Source: a virus (taxonomy: Duplodnaviria > Caudoviricetes). Taken from it: 64,000 nt of DNA. The stretch covers positions 5,031-69,030 of IMG/VR virus record IMGVR_UViG_3300020017_000193. The stretch is one strand, 5' to 3'. Each line of letters opens with the position of its first letter. Position 1 is the first letter of the stretch. Below, in pieces: positions 54,162 to 63,388 of this stretch. The notes beneath the pieces were generated by a model. That model did not search any database, was not told the origin of the DNA, and was given only the letters and a program-made list of their open reading frames with translations. The position numbers were made by a program, and so were the translations under genes.

Positions 54162-57100
54162 ATGGGCGCAGCACAGAAGCTGGACATTCACGGCGCCAAA
54201 GGTGGCGAGAGCAAGCCGAAGTCGCCAGTAGAGGCGCCAGACAGCCTGCGCTCCACCAACGTGGCCAAGATCCTGATCGCCGTGGGCGAGGGTGAATTCG
54301 ACGGCACACCCACCGCGCGCGACATCTTCCTCGACAACACCCCGATTCAGGATGCCAGTGGCAATTTCAACTTTACAAACGTGAAGTGGGGCTGGCGCCC
54401 AGGCTCGGTGGAGCAGACCTACATCCCGGGCATCCCGTCTGTCGACAACGAAACCTCACTGAATATCGAGCTGCGCAGCGGTACGCCATGGGTTCAGTCG
54501 CTGACCAACCTTCAGCTCTCAGCCGCGCGCATCCGCTTGGCCACGCCGCGGCTTGCGAGCCAGGACAGTGAAGGAAACATCGGCGGTTACAGCATTCAAT
54601 ACGCGGTTGATGTGGCCACCGATGGAGGGGCGTATCAGGAGGTATTGGTTGGTGCCATGACAGGCAAAGCCACCACTCGTTACGAAAAGTCCCTGCGCAT
54701 AGACCTGCCGCCGGCGAATAGTGGATGGATGATTCGGGTTCGCCGCATCACCCCAAACCAGAACACCGACAAGATCGCAGACAGCCTGTTCATCGCCGGC
54801 TACACCCAAGTGATCGACGCAAAGCTGCGCTACCCAAACACAGCGCTGCTGTTCATCGAGTTCAACGCTGAGCAGTTCACCAACATTCCGGCTGTCACCG
54901 TGAAGTGCAAGGCGCGCCGCTGGCAGGTGCCGAGCAACTACGACCCCGTGGCAAGGACTTACTCCGGCGCCTGGGACGGCACCATGAAAGAGGCCTGGAC
55001 CAATAACCCGGCTTGGGTCACCTATGGCATCTGCACCCAGGATCGTTTCGGCCTGGGCCGCCGTATTAAGCCGTGGATGGTGGACAAGTGGGAGCTTTAC
55101 CGGATCGCGCAGTACTGCGACCAGATGGTGCCTAACGGTGCCGATGGTGTTGAGCCGCGCTTCCTGTGCGATATGAACCTGCAGGGTAAGGCCGACGCTT
55201 GGTCATTACTGCGGGATATCGCTGGGATCTACCGCGGCATGACGTATTGGGCCCAGGGCCAGCTCGTAATGCAGGCTGATATGCCGCGGGCTCAGGACAT
55301 CGACTACGTCTTCACCCGGTCCAACGTCATTGACGGCAAGATCTCCTACGGCAGTGCGTCGGCCAAGACACGCTTCACGCGCTGCCTCGTCAGCTACGAC
55401 AACCCGCTGAACAATTACGACACCGATGTCACCGTCTATTCAGATCTGCCGCTCCAGCGCCGTCTGGGTGACAAATCCACGGAGATCAGCGCCATCGGCT
55501 GCACCCGCGCATCTGAGGCTCAGCGTCGCGCCAAATGGCTGGTGCTGAGCAACAACCAAGACCGGACTATCAGTTTCAGGACCGGCATGGAAGGCCGCAT
55601 CCCATTGCCGGGCTTCATCATCCCCGTTGCCGACTCGCTTCTGGCTGGTCGTGAGATCGGCGGGCGCATTGCGGCGGCGGCGGGGAAGGTCATCACCTTG
55701 GACCGAGACACTCTGGCCAAGGCCGGTGACCGGCTGGTTATCAACCTTCCCGGCGGGCGAGCGGAAGGACGTACCGTGGAAAGCGTGAGCGGCCGCAACG
55801 TAACCGTGACCGTTGCCTACAGCGAGGCGCCGGCTGCACAGCTTCAGTGGGCAATCGACGCTGACGATCTGGCGATCCCTCTATATCGAGTGATGCGGAC
55901 CGCACGGACGCCAGAAGGCGACTACGACATCAGCGCCTTGCAATATGAGCCTAGCAAGTTCGCCAGCATCGACACAGGTGCGCGCTTGGAAGAGCGCCCG
56001 ATCAGCGTCATACCGATCACGGTGGTGCCGCCGCCGGAAAGCGTAACCGTCACGTCGAACGTGTCGATCGACCAGGGCATCGCCATCAGCACCATGAACA
56101 TCTCGTGGCCAGCCGTGAACGGTGCGATCGCCTACGACGTGGAGTGGCGCAAGGACAGCGGCAACTGGATCAAGGTGCAACGTACCGGCTCTACCAGCGT
56201 GGACGTCACTGGCATCTACTCGGGCGCCTACTTTGCCCGGGTCCGCTCGGTAAGCGCCTTCGAGATCTCGTCGATTTGGAAAAGCTCGAACCTGACCAAT
56301 CTAAAAGGGAAGGTCGGCCTGCCGCCAGCAGTGTCATTCCTGACCACCACCAGCGAGCTGTTCGGCATCGGTTTGAAGTGGGGTTTCCCTGCTGGCGCCG
56401 AAGACACCCAGCGGACGGAGCTCTGGTACAACCCGACGAACAACCTCGGCGCCGCGACGAAGCTGGCGGATTTGGCATACCCGCAGGCTGACTACCGCAT
56501 GCAGTCGCTGCTGGCGGGCGCGCAGTTCTTCTTCTGGGCGCGCCTGGTGGACCGCACCGGCAACATCGGGCCGTTCTATCCGGTGGTGAATGGGGTCATG
56601 GGTCGGGCAAGTTCGCAGGCCGGGCCGATTCTCGACCTGATCGCCGGGCAGATCGGCAAAACCCAACTGGCTCAGGACCTGGTCAAGGAGATCGAACTGA
56701 TTTCCGGCGACGGCCCGGGGTCGGTGAATGACCGCCTGGAGCAGGCAAAACAGGAACTGGAAGACCTGATCGACCAGATCACGGATGCCCTGGTCTACGA
56801 TCCGACCAAAACCTACGCCGCCGGCGACGTGGTGCGACAGGGCCAGCACTTGTACCAAGCCACGGCGCCGGTACCGAAGAACACCACGCCACCAAACGCC
56901 GCGTACTGGTTCGATATCGGCACCATTGCCGAGACAACCCAGGCCATGGCGTTGCAGATCCAGCAGAACAAGGCGTCCATCGATACTGTGGACGGCAAGG
57001 TCACTGCCCAGGCATCTGCGCTGCAATCGCTTCAGGCAAGCTGGCGGGAAGATAACGGAGAGGGTGCGCTGACTGACGCCCTGCAAGGCTGGGATGCCAC

Positions 57101-58124
57101 GGCGAAGTTCGCCCAGCAGGTGAAGGTGCAAGCCTCTGACAACCTGGCGCTGGTCGAGCGCACGACCTCGCTCGATGCGGCGGTGGGTGCGAACAAGGCC
57201 GGGCTGACCACGCTGGAGCAGGCGGTGGCCACCGACAAGCTGGCGACAGCGATTCGACTGGATCAGTTGAAAAGCGATGTCGACGGCAACACGGCGGCGA
57301 TAGGTAGCGAGGCCTCGACCAGAACCGATGCTGATAGCGCCCTTGGTATACGCATCGATCAGATGGGCGTCACCGTCGGCGGTAACGCTGCGGCGATCAG
57401 CCAAGAGGCAACTACCAGGGCGGACGCTGACACCGCTCTTGGTAAAAGAGTCGATACCACGCAAGCGAAGGTGGATGAGAACTCCGCAGCCGTCCAGACG
57501 GTTACCCAGTCTCTGGCCGATACCAAAAGCGCGGTCGCCTCCCAAACCACCACGTTGCAGGCCGTGATCGGTGGCGGGCGCGATGGCACAGATGAGGGTG
57601 ATCTGGCCAGCGCGCTCAGCGAGTGGAAGAACCAGGCGGCGATCCAGATCACGGCGAAGGCCCAGGCGGACACCGACGGCAAGCTGTCCACGATGTGGGC
57701 GGTGAAGATGCAGGTCAACCAAAACGGCCAGTACGTGGCCGCCGGCATCGGGCTTGGCATCGAGCAAAATGCTGATGGTTTGCTGCAAAGCCAGTTCCTG
57801 GTGAGTGCTGACCGTTTCGCGGTGGTGAACACTCTGGCCGGCGGCGGGTTCATTACGCCGTTTGTGGTGCAGAACGGGCAGGTGGTCATCGACACCGCGC
57901 TGATCAGTCGGGCGTTTATTCAGGAAATCGTGCTGGGCATGACGCTGCGCTCTGAGGCGGTTGACGCTAAAGGTCGTCCGCTCCTGGAGATCAACGTCAA
58001 GGCCGGCACATTCACGCTGCGAAGCACGGGCGCTGACGGATCCACCTTGCTGAACAACAACGGTCTGACCGTCTATGACGCGAACGATATTGATCGGGTG
58101 ACGGTCGGGAGGCTTTCCGTATGA
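54162..58124 (+). CDS. Tail tip / host-specificity protein J
   Basis: GAKGG start, LRYPNTAL, FN3-like region, coiled coil, DUF1983-type QFLVSADRFAV...PFVVQNGQV. Confidence 0.95.
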   Translation: MGAAQKLDIHGAKGGESKPKSPVEAPDSLRSTNVAKILIAVGEGEFDGTPTARDIFLDNTPIQDASGNFNFTNVKWGWRPGSVEQTYIPGIPSVDNETSLNIELRSGTPWVQSLTNLQLSAARIRLATPRLASQDSEGNIGGYSIQYAVDVATDGGAYQEVLVGAMTGKATTRYEKSLRIDLPPANSGWMIRVRRITPNQNTDKIADSLFIAGYTQVIDAKLRYPNTALLFIEFNAEQFTNIPAVTVKCKARRWQVPSNYDPVARTYSGAWDGTMKEAWTNNPAWVTYGICTQDRFGLGRRIKPWMVDKWELYRIAQYCDQMVPNGADGVEPRFLCDMNLQGKADAWSLLRDIAGIYRGMTYWAQGQLVMQADMPRAQDIDYVFTRSNVIDGKISYGSASAKTRFTRCLVSYDNPLNNYDTDVTVYSDLPLQRRLGDKSTEISAIGCTRASEAQRRAKWLVLSNNQDRTISFRTGMEGRIPLPGFIIPVADSLLAGREIGGRIAAAAGKVITLDRDTLAKAGDRLVINLPGGRAEGRTVESVSGRNVTVTVAYSEAPAAQLQWAIDADDLAIPLYRVMRTARTPEGDYDISALQYEPSKFASIDTGARLEERPISVIPITVVPPPESVTVTSNVSIDQGIAISTMNISWPAVNGAIAYDVEWRKDSGNWIKVQRTGSTSVDVTGIYSGAYFARVRSVSAFEISSIWKSSNLTNLKGKVGLPPAVSFLTTTSELFGIGLKWGFPAGAEDTQRTELWYNPTNNLGAATKLADLAYPQADYRMQSLLAGAQFFFWARLVDRTGNIGPFYPVVNGVMGRASSQAGPILDLIAGQIGKTQLAQDLVKEIELISGDGPGSVNDRLEQAKQELEDLIDQITDALVYDPTKTYAAGDVVRQGQHLYQATAPVPKNTTPPNAAYWFDIGTIAETTQAMALQIQQNKASIDTVDGKVTAQASALQSLQASWREDNGEGALTDALQGWDATAKFAQQVKVQASDNLALVERTTSLDAAVGANKAGLTTLEQAVATDKLATAIRLDQLKSDVDGNTAAIGSEASTRTDADSALGIRIDQMGVTVGGNAAAISQEATTRADADTALGKRVDTTQAKVDENSAAVQTVTQSLADTKSAVASQTTTLQAVIGGGRDGTDEGDLASALSEWKNQAAIQITAKAQADTDGKLSTMWAVKMQVNQNGQYVAAGIGLGIEQNADGLLQSQFLVSADRFAVVNTLAGGGFITPFVVQNGQVVIDTALISRAFIQEIVLGMTLRSEAVDAKGRPLLEINVKAGTFTLRSTGADGSTLLNNNGLTVYDANDIDRVTVGRLSV

Positions 58125-58450
58125 ATTTCGGGATGCGGGTCAAAGGACCAACTGGGGCCATCGAGATCGATGAAAACTCGTTCACGATGAGGGTCGTTTA
58201 CTCCGAAATCATGCAGCCGCAGCTTTGGTCCACGAAGTATGTGGACCTTCCTGTTGCGGGCATCACCCCTCAAAACGCCGCGGCGTTTGTGATGCCCGTA
58301 CAGAGCCTGAATGCTTTGCAGGATGCTCAGCTGGAGCCCGAGGTTTTTAACGGGTTCGTCAGGGTGTGGCGAACGATCAGAGGTGATCCTTACGGGAACT
58401 CTGCAATAACAATAACGCGGCAGCGACTGGTCGTTACGAGGTTCAAATAG
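58121..58450 (+). CDS. Tail-tip accessory protein
   Basis: ATGA-coupled to J; FGMRV...IEID pattern. Confidence 0.75.
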   Translation: MNFGMRVKGPTGAIEIDENSFTMRVVYSEIMQPQLWSTKYVDLPVAGITPQNAAAFVMPVQSLNALQDAQLEPEVFNGFVRVWRTIRGDPYGNSAITITRQRLVVTRFK

Positions 58451-58451
58451 C

Positions 58452-59147
58452 ATGGCGGATTCATATGGCCTGATGTTCAAGTCTGCCGATGATGATCGAA
58501 TTATTCTCGATTCTGAATTCTCCAGGCTGGTCGTTCTCTACAAAGGTCGGTACGTAGGCACCGAGGAGAATGGAGACTCCTCGTCTACTTACTTCCCATC
58601 ACCCATTACAACTCAAGAGCAGCCCCTTGTTTTTATCAGGCCCGACAGTGCCGCGGGCATTATCGGGATGAGCAACCTTGAAATATTTGGCTCGCCGGGA
58701 AACTGGACCGGCTTTCGTGTGCGCATCTTCAACATGTACACGATCAAGCCGGTGGGGCGCTGGTTTGTTGCGACCTTCGTAGCTCAGGCTCTGGCGACAT
58801 ACGGTGCCCGCCTGCGGGATGCAAACCGCAATGTCATTTTTGACTCCGGCACCCCGTCCGCTCTGTTTGTCCGGTCTAGCAACAACTGGACGTACGCGGG
58901 CAGCGGCTCAACCGGACAGGGGGTTTCAATCGCCTACTTCAACTCCCAGTTCAACATGGCAGAAGACGAATACATGCTTATAAACAACTTGACCATGAGG
59001 TCGGTGACCATCGCCGCCGGCACTGCGAGTCGTCAAATTGCGGCTATGTGGAATTACCCGAGCAGAATTCTTACTCTCGGCATGATCTCCACTCAAAACG
59101 CCATTGTCACCGGCCTTACCGTGATGGTCGGAAGAATCGTTCAGTAA
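58452..59147 (+). CDS. Tail-tip accessory protein
   Basis: YGL...IILDSE and YGARLRD...VIFDSG duplicated motif. Confidence 0.75.
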   Translation: MADSYGLMFKSADDDRIILDSEFSRLVVLYKGRYVGTEENGDSSSTYFPSPITTQEQPLVFIRPDSAAGIIGMSNLEIFGSPGNWTGFRVRIFNMYTIKPVGRWFVATFVAQALATYGARLRDANRNVIFDSGTPSALFVRSSNNWTYAGSGSTGQGVSIAYFNSQFNMAEDEYMLINNLTMRSVTIAAGTASRQIAAMWNYPSRILTLGMISTQNAIVTGLTVMVGRIVQ

Positions 59148-59225
59148 CACCGCCGCGCCTCCAACACTTAATTAACTAGCGCTCGCCTGATTCGTTGGCG
59201 GGTTTAATGCTATCTGGAGATAAAC

Positions 59226-60005
59226 ATGCCCTGGTATCGAGCCGGCACAGTTTCTGTAACTTTGAATTCAAACGCGGTCATTGGCACCGGTACGGCTTTC
59301 CTGGCAAACAGCCGAGTAGGGGATGCTTTCCTTGGGCCTGATGGTGGGTGGTACGAAATCAACAACATCGCAAGCAATACCGCGCTTTCCATCACGCCAA
59401 ACTATCGAAGCGCCACCAACGCCGCCGGCGTTTATGCGCTGACACCAGTGCAGGGGTATACCAAGGATCTGGCCGACCAAGTCCGGTCCATGATTCAGCA
59501 ATGGGGCGCAACACTTGCCGGCCTGGGTTCGGTGTCCACGGAAAACATCGTGCCCGTGGCGAAAGGCGGTACCGGGGGCAGCACACAGGCCGCAGCACGC
59601 AACGGCCTCGGCTTGGGGTCTGCCGCAGTTGCTGCGCTGCTTGGCTCTGTGTCGCAGGCCGGTGGCGTGCCGACAGGCGCCGTGTTTGAGTCCGGGTCGA
59701 ACGCAAACGGCACCTACGTGAAGTTTGCCGACGGCACGATGATCTGCCAGCGCCTGGTGACAACCCTCGTTGATATGACGGCCAACCAGCTGAAAGACTT
59801 CGGCAACATGCCAATTGCTGCTCAGTTCGCAAGTTCGGCGTTCTCGGTAGTTGCGACCGGCATTCCAACGTCGACGTTTGATACTTACGGGTTTACGACC
59901 TCCTACTCGGTGAACTCCAACACAGTCAGGATCGTTTACAGAAACGGCGCAACAGCGCAGACGATCGGCACCACACAAATTCTCTGCATCGGACGGTGGT
60001 TCTAA
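59226..60005 (+). CDS. Short side tail fibre
   Basis: MPWYRAGTVSVT...GTGTAF N-terminus; PVAKGGTGG; C-terminal NANGTYVKFADGTMIC...GRW domain. Confidence 0.85.
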   Translation: MPWYRAGTVSVTLNSNAVIGTGTAFLANSRVGDAFLGPDGGWYEINNIASNTALSITPNYRSATNAAGVYALTPVQGYTKDLADQVRSMIQQWGATLAGLGSVSTENIVPVAKGGTGGSTQAAARNGLGLGSAAVAALLGSVSQAGGVPTGAVFESGSNANGTYVKFADGTMICQRLVTTLVDMTANQLKDFGNMPIAAQFASSAFSVVATGIPTSTFDTYGFTTSYSVNSNTVRIVYRNGATAQTIGTTQILCIGRWF

Positions 60006-60304
60006 TGAAAATCAAGTTGTCACCCTATGCCCCGATTGACCCGAGCGAAGCGTTGACGATTGTGCGGCGCGGGGATGTACTGACCATCAACGGCGAGCGC
60101 TTCGATTTCAGCGCAATGCCAGAAGGTGCCACGCTCCCGGCTGAGGCGGTGAAGTGCGATGCCCTGGCCAGCGATGTGACGCGCATCAACGGGCAATTGG
60201 TCCTGACCCTGATGTTCCCGTGCGGCCCAGAGGCATCTGTCTCGGCACGGTTCCCTGCGGACATCATTGATCCACCTGACGGAAAAGTGAGCCTGCCAGC
60301 ATGA
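60005..60304 (+). CDS. Tail fibre-associated protein
   Basis: MKIKLSP...GDVLTINGERFDFS..PEGATLP. Confidence 0.75.
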   Translation: MKIKLSPYAPIDPSEALTIVRRGDVLTINGERFDFSAMPEGATLPAEAVKCDALASDVTRINGQLVLTLMFPCGPEASVSARFPADIIDPPDGKVSLPA

Positions 60305-60555
60305 GCAATATCGACTTCAGCAAGATGATCACCGCCCAACAGCGCCAGACTGAGCAGTTGCAAGCAGACCTCGACACCGCGCTGTCATTGAGGCGTTCGG
60401 CCTACCTGTCCGAATCCGATCCGCTGCGCTTGGAGGCTGACTACGACGCGCTGAGCCAGGGCCGCGAACCGGACTATGCCGCCTGGCTTGCGTCCGTCGC
60501 CGCCATCAAAGCCCGGTACCCGCTGCCGGTCACAGTCGAGCCCGTCGCAGGCTGA
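60301..60555 (+). CDS. Tail fibre assembly-like protein
   Basis: NIDFSKMIT...R..AY..ESDPL...W...V..IKARYP. Confidence 0.75.
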   Translation: MSNIDFSKMITAQQRQTEQLQADLDTALSLRRSAYLSESDPLRLEADYDALSQGREPDYAAWLASVAAIKARYPLPVTVEPVAG

Positions 60556-60611
60556 TCCGCAATCGAACACCGATGCCGCCTTGAGCGGTTTTTTATTGCC
60601 TGGAGAAACAC

Positions 60612-61145
60612 ATGCCGATCACCGAGCAGCAGTTGCTGCAGATCCTCCCGAACGCCGGCCGCCTAGCCGGCGTTTTTGTTCCTGTGCTGAATACAGCCAT
60701 GGCCAAGTACGGAATCGTCACGCGACTGCGCGTCGCCGCCTTCATCGCTCAGGTCGGGCATGAGTCGGGGCAGTTCCGCTGGCTGAAAGAGTTGTGGGGG
60801 CCCACGCCGCAGCAAGCTGGGTACGAAGGGCGCGCCGATCTGGGCAACAAGGTCAATGGCGATGGCTTCAAATACCGTGGCCGCGGCCTGATCCAGGTTA
60901 CCGGCCGGGCCAACTACGCTGCGTGCGGCGAGGCCCTGGGCCTGGACCTGATCAGTCGCCCGGAACTGCTCGAGCAGCCGCAGTACGCTGCAATGTCGGC
61001 AGCCTGGTTCTGGTCCTCCCGCGGGCTGAACACTCTAGCGGACCAGAGCGATTTCCTGAAGATCACCCGTCGTATCAATGGCGGCATCAACGGCCTGGAG
61101 GATCGCCAGGCTTTGTACAAAGTGGCGCTGAAGGTGCTGGCATGA
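60612..61145 (+). CDS. Endolysin, glycoside hydrolase family 19
   Basis: FIAQVGHESG, YRGRGLIQVTGRANY, SAAWFW, ITRRINGG.NG..DR. Confidence 0.95.
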   Translation: MPITEQQLLQILPNAGRLAGVFVPVLNTAMAKYGIVTRLRVAAFIAQVGHESGQFRWLKELWGPTPQQAGYEGRADLGNKVNGDGFKYRGRGLIQVTGRANYAACGEALGLDLISRPELLEQPQYAAMSAAWFWSSRGLNTLADQSDFLKITRRINGGINGLEDRQALYKVALKVLA

Positions 61146-61666
61146 CGCCGGTGCAGAAGTTGGCCAGCCTGGCGGCGCTGATCCTGCTGGCTATGGCCGT
61201 GAGCTTCGGCGCTGCCTGGCAGGTGCAGGAATGGCGGTATGACGGGAAGCTGGCAAAGCAGGCGGGACAGTTCCAGACGGACCTTGACGCGATCGGCAAT
61301 GCCGCTACCGCCCAGGCCCGCGCCGAGCAGGACAAGCGCCTTGCCACCGAGCAGCAACTGGCCGCTGCCGATCAACAACACACCAAGGAATTATCCGATG
61401 CCCAGCGCAACCAGGCTCTGCTGCGTGACCGCCTTGCTACTGCTGATGTGCGGCTGTCAGTCCTTCTCGACGCCACGGATTCAGCCGGTGGCTGCGACGT
61501 GCCTGCCGCCCCCGGCGCCGTCGGCGTGGTTCATGCAGCCCGTCGAGCCCAACTTGACCCAGCGCATGCTCAAAGAATTATCGCCATCACCGATGCCGGA
61601 GACCAAGGATTGATCGCCCTGCGAGCCTGTCAGGCCTACCTAAAAGAGGTTTCTACACCGAAGTAA
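61142..61666 (+). CDS. Rz: i-spanin (Rz)
   Basis: N-terminal TM, coiled coil, LRDRLATADVRLSV, LRACQAY. Confidence 0.9.
   Translation: MTPVQKLASLAALILLAMAVSFGAAWQVQEWRYDGKLAKQAGQFQTDLDAIGNAATAQARAEQDKRLATEQQLAAADQQHTKELSDAQRNQALLRDRLATADVRLSVLLDATDSAGGCDVPAAPGAVGVVHAARRAQLDPAHAQRIIAITDAGDQGLIALRACQAYLKEVSTPK
61398..61613 (+). CDS. Rz1: o-spanin (Rz1), nested in another frame of Rz
   Basis: Lipobox LMCGC, Pro-rich CLPPPAPSAWFM; wholly inside Rz. Confidence 0.8.
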   Translation: MPSATRLCCVTALLLLMCGCQSFSTPRIQPVAATCLPPPAPSAWFMQPVEPNLTQRMLKELSPSPMPETKD

Positions 61667-61784
61667 AAGGAGCGGCCGGGCAGGATGCGTCAACATCCAC
61701 CCGGCCACCTTCCCCGCAGAACGTCCCTGCAAGTCCAGCCAAGACTCCTGTTTCGTGCACAAAGCGGAGCGAGCCTTGCACTGT

Positions 61785-62336
61785 TTATCCATTCAGTTTT
61801 ATTGAGGTAAGTGTTTTTTTACCAAGAGACTGATATTCGTTGACATTGCTCTCAGTCATATTAAATGTTGCAATTATCAAATTATTATCTGATAGCATAT
61901 ATAGCTGCATATTCAATATGTCAGCATCGAGCCCCTTCGATGTAAATGTTATAAGCCATGCCTTATTGCCCCCAGCCTCGATCTGTGAAGCTTGAGGTGC
62001 TAAGTTTTTCATGGCGATTAAAATATTATCTTTGATTTCATCAATTCCAACTAGTTCCGGTTTTTTTAACTTTGATATGCCAAAAGATACAGAGCCGCTT
62101 TCATTGCTGTAAATAACCTGAGGTCTTCTTTTTGATGGATATTTAATTTCAGCTAGCTTTTCAGATAATGGTGTGAATTGCGTTGGTATTTCAACACTTA
62201 AGCCTAAAGATTTGATGTTCTCTAATCTCATGTTTGCGTCTAGCGCTGAAGCACTTGCCGAAAACATTAATAATAAGATAAATGCGGCTATATTTTTCCG
62301 TAGTTCAATCACGTAGTTAATCCTCAATCTTACCAT
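61785..62336 (-). CDS. Secreted/periplasmic DcrB/PsbP-like protein; start uncertain
   Basis: Signal peptide ending SASASA; IKYPSKRRPQVIYSNESGSV motif; very AT-rich. Confidence 0.65.
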   Translation of the reverse strand: MVRLRINYVIELRKNIAAFILLLMFSASASALDANMRLENIKSLGLSVEIPTQFTPLSEKLAEIKYPSKRRPQVIYSNESGSVSFGISKLKKPELVGIDEIKDNILIAMKNLAPQASQIEAGGNKAWLITFTSKGLDADILNMQLYMLSDNNLIIATFNMTESNVNEYQSLGKKTLTSIKLNG

Positions 62337-62612
62337 TACATCTCTGCTTCGGTTTCAATCGTGACTGCTACCGGGGTGGAGGAGTCGCGAGTGCTTTTCC
62401 TACGGTATTCGGTAATGAATTTTACTCGGTCGTCCTGGAAAAAGAGCAGGATTGAACCAGAGCGTGGATGGGGAACGTGGTGCTAGAAACTGCTTAACCA
62501 GTAGCTCTTTTAAGCCCCGTTGAAACGTTTTTTCGCTCATATCCATGGATATCCCAGACAGTCCGTCGTTAAACCAAGCTAGCTCGATGCTTTCTGCAAA
62601 AACCTGACGCAT
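62335..62612 (-). pseudogene. Frameshifted fragment of a RepL-like replication/maintenance gene
   Basis: MSEKTFQRGLKELL...WFNPALF, continuing in another frame as QDDRVKFITEYRRK after the T run near 62439-62443. Confidence 0.6.
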
Positions 62613-62759
62613 ATACGCTACCTATAGCAAGTCCTATTGACTGAGCGGTTGTCGTTGGTGTGTTAAATCCGGCAACCGCTCCTGTCATTATTGCGGATGC
62701 AGCACCTCTAAGGGTCGCCGGCTGTCCTGCGCCAGCGTAGGCTCCTACGCAAGCTAACC

Positions 62760-62870
62760 CAGCTTAACCCAACGCATGTTCAAAGAGTTATCGGCATCAC
62801 CGACGCCGGGGATAATGCCGTGATCGCGCTGCGGGCGTGCCAGGCGTACGTCAGGGCGATTGCGCACTGA
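62760..62870 (+). pseudogene. Relic C-terminus of a second Rz gene
   Basis: Translates as QLNPTHVQRVIGITDAGDNAVIALRACQAYVRAIAH*, parallel to Rz QLDPAHAQRIIAITDAGDQGLIALRACQAYLKEV. Confidence 0.85.
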
Positions 62871-63100
62871 GGATGATGAGCTACGCTTTTGGCTTGGATG
62901 CTCAGGACGGCAATTCTCCATTAAAACTGACAGGCACTTATGGACAAGCAGCTGGCAGGGCTCTCTTTTCTTTTGACGCTGGGGTGGGTCGTTGCTGTGG
63001 TGGGCGTCATGTGGTTTTTCGGTAGATGAAGAAAACTGTAGGCGGGAACTTGCTCTGTATTCAATGGCTCCCATGAGTACACCCATTTGAATATACAGGC

Positions 63101-63388
63101 ATGAGCATCGGTGCAAGATTGAAATCTGAACGCCTTAGACTTGGATTGTCCCAATCTGCCATCGGTGCGATTGGTGGCGTGGAAGTGAATGCTCAGGGAA
63201 GGTATGAGAACGGTATTCGTCTTCCGCGGGCGGATTACCTGGCATCGGTCGCGGAATCCGGCGTCGATATTCTGTACGTGATCACTGGAAAGCGCACCGA
63301 AAACGGTAACGCGGATTCGGCCAAAGCTGCTGAGGCACTGGACAGCGCCACGGAATGTCTTGAAAAGGCGAAAGAACTCATTCACTGA
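63101..63388 (+). CDS. XRE-family HTH regulator
   Basis: IGARLKSERLRLGLSQ...QGRYENG.R.P.ADYL...GVDILYVITG. Confidence 0.88.
   Translation: MSIGARLKSERLRLGLSQSAIGAIGGVEVNAQGRYENGIRLPRADYLASVAESGVDILYVITGKRTENGNADSAKAAEALDSATECLEKAKELIH

Larger units (their letters stand above)
1..61706. mobile_element. Lambdoid temperate prophage (siphovirus-type), left end truncated by the window; right boundary uncertain (61.7-64 kb)
   Basis: Complete lambda-like order: early left operon, cI/cro, O/P-like replication, nin, terminase-portal-capsid, tail (TMP, M, L, K, I, J), endolysin, Rz/Rz1. att sites not identifiable. Confidence 0.96.

Noticed and set aside
59226-60555. Possible diversity-generating retroelement or invertible tail-fibre cassette
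   Set aside because: No reverse transcriptase, invertase or TR/VR repeat pair is visible.
24981-61666. Holin separated from endolysin and spanins by ~35 kb
   Set aside because: A split lysis cassette is common in Pseudomonas lambdoid prophages and tailocins, so it is not novel.
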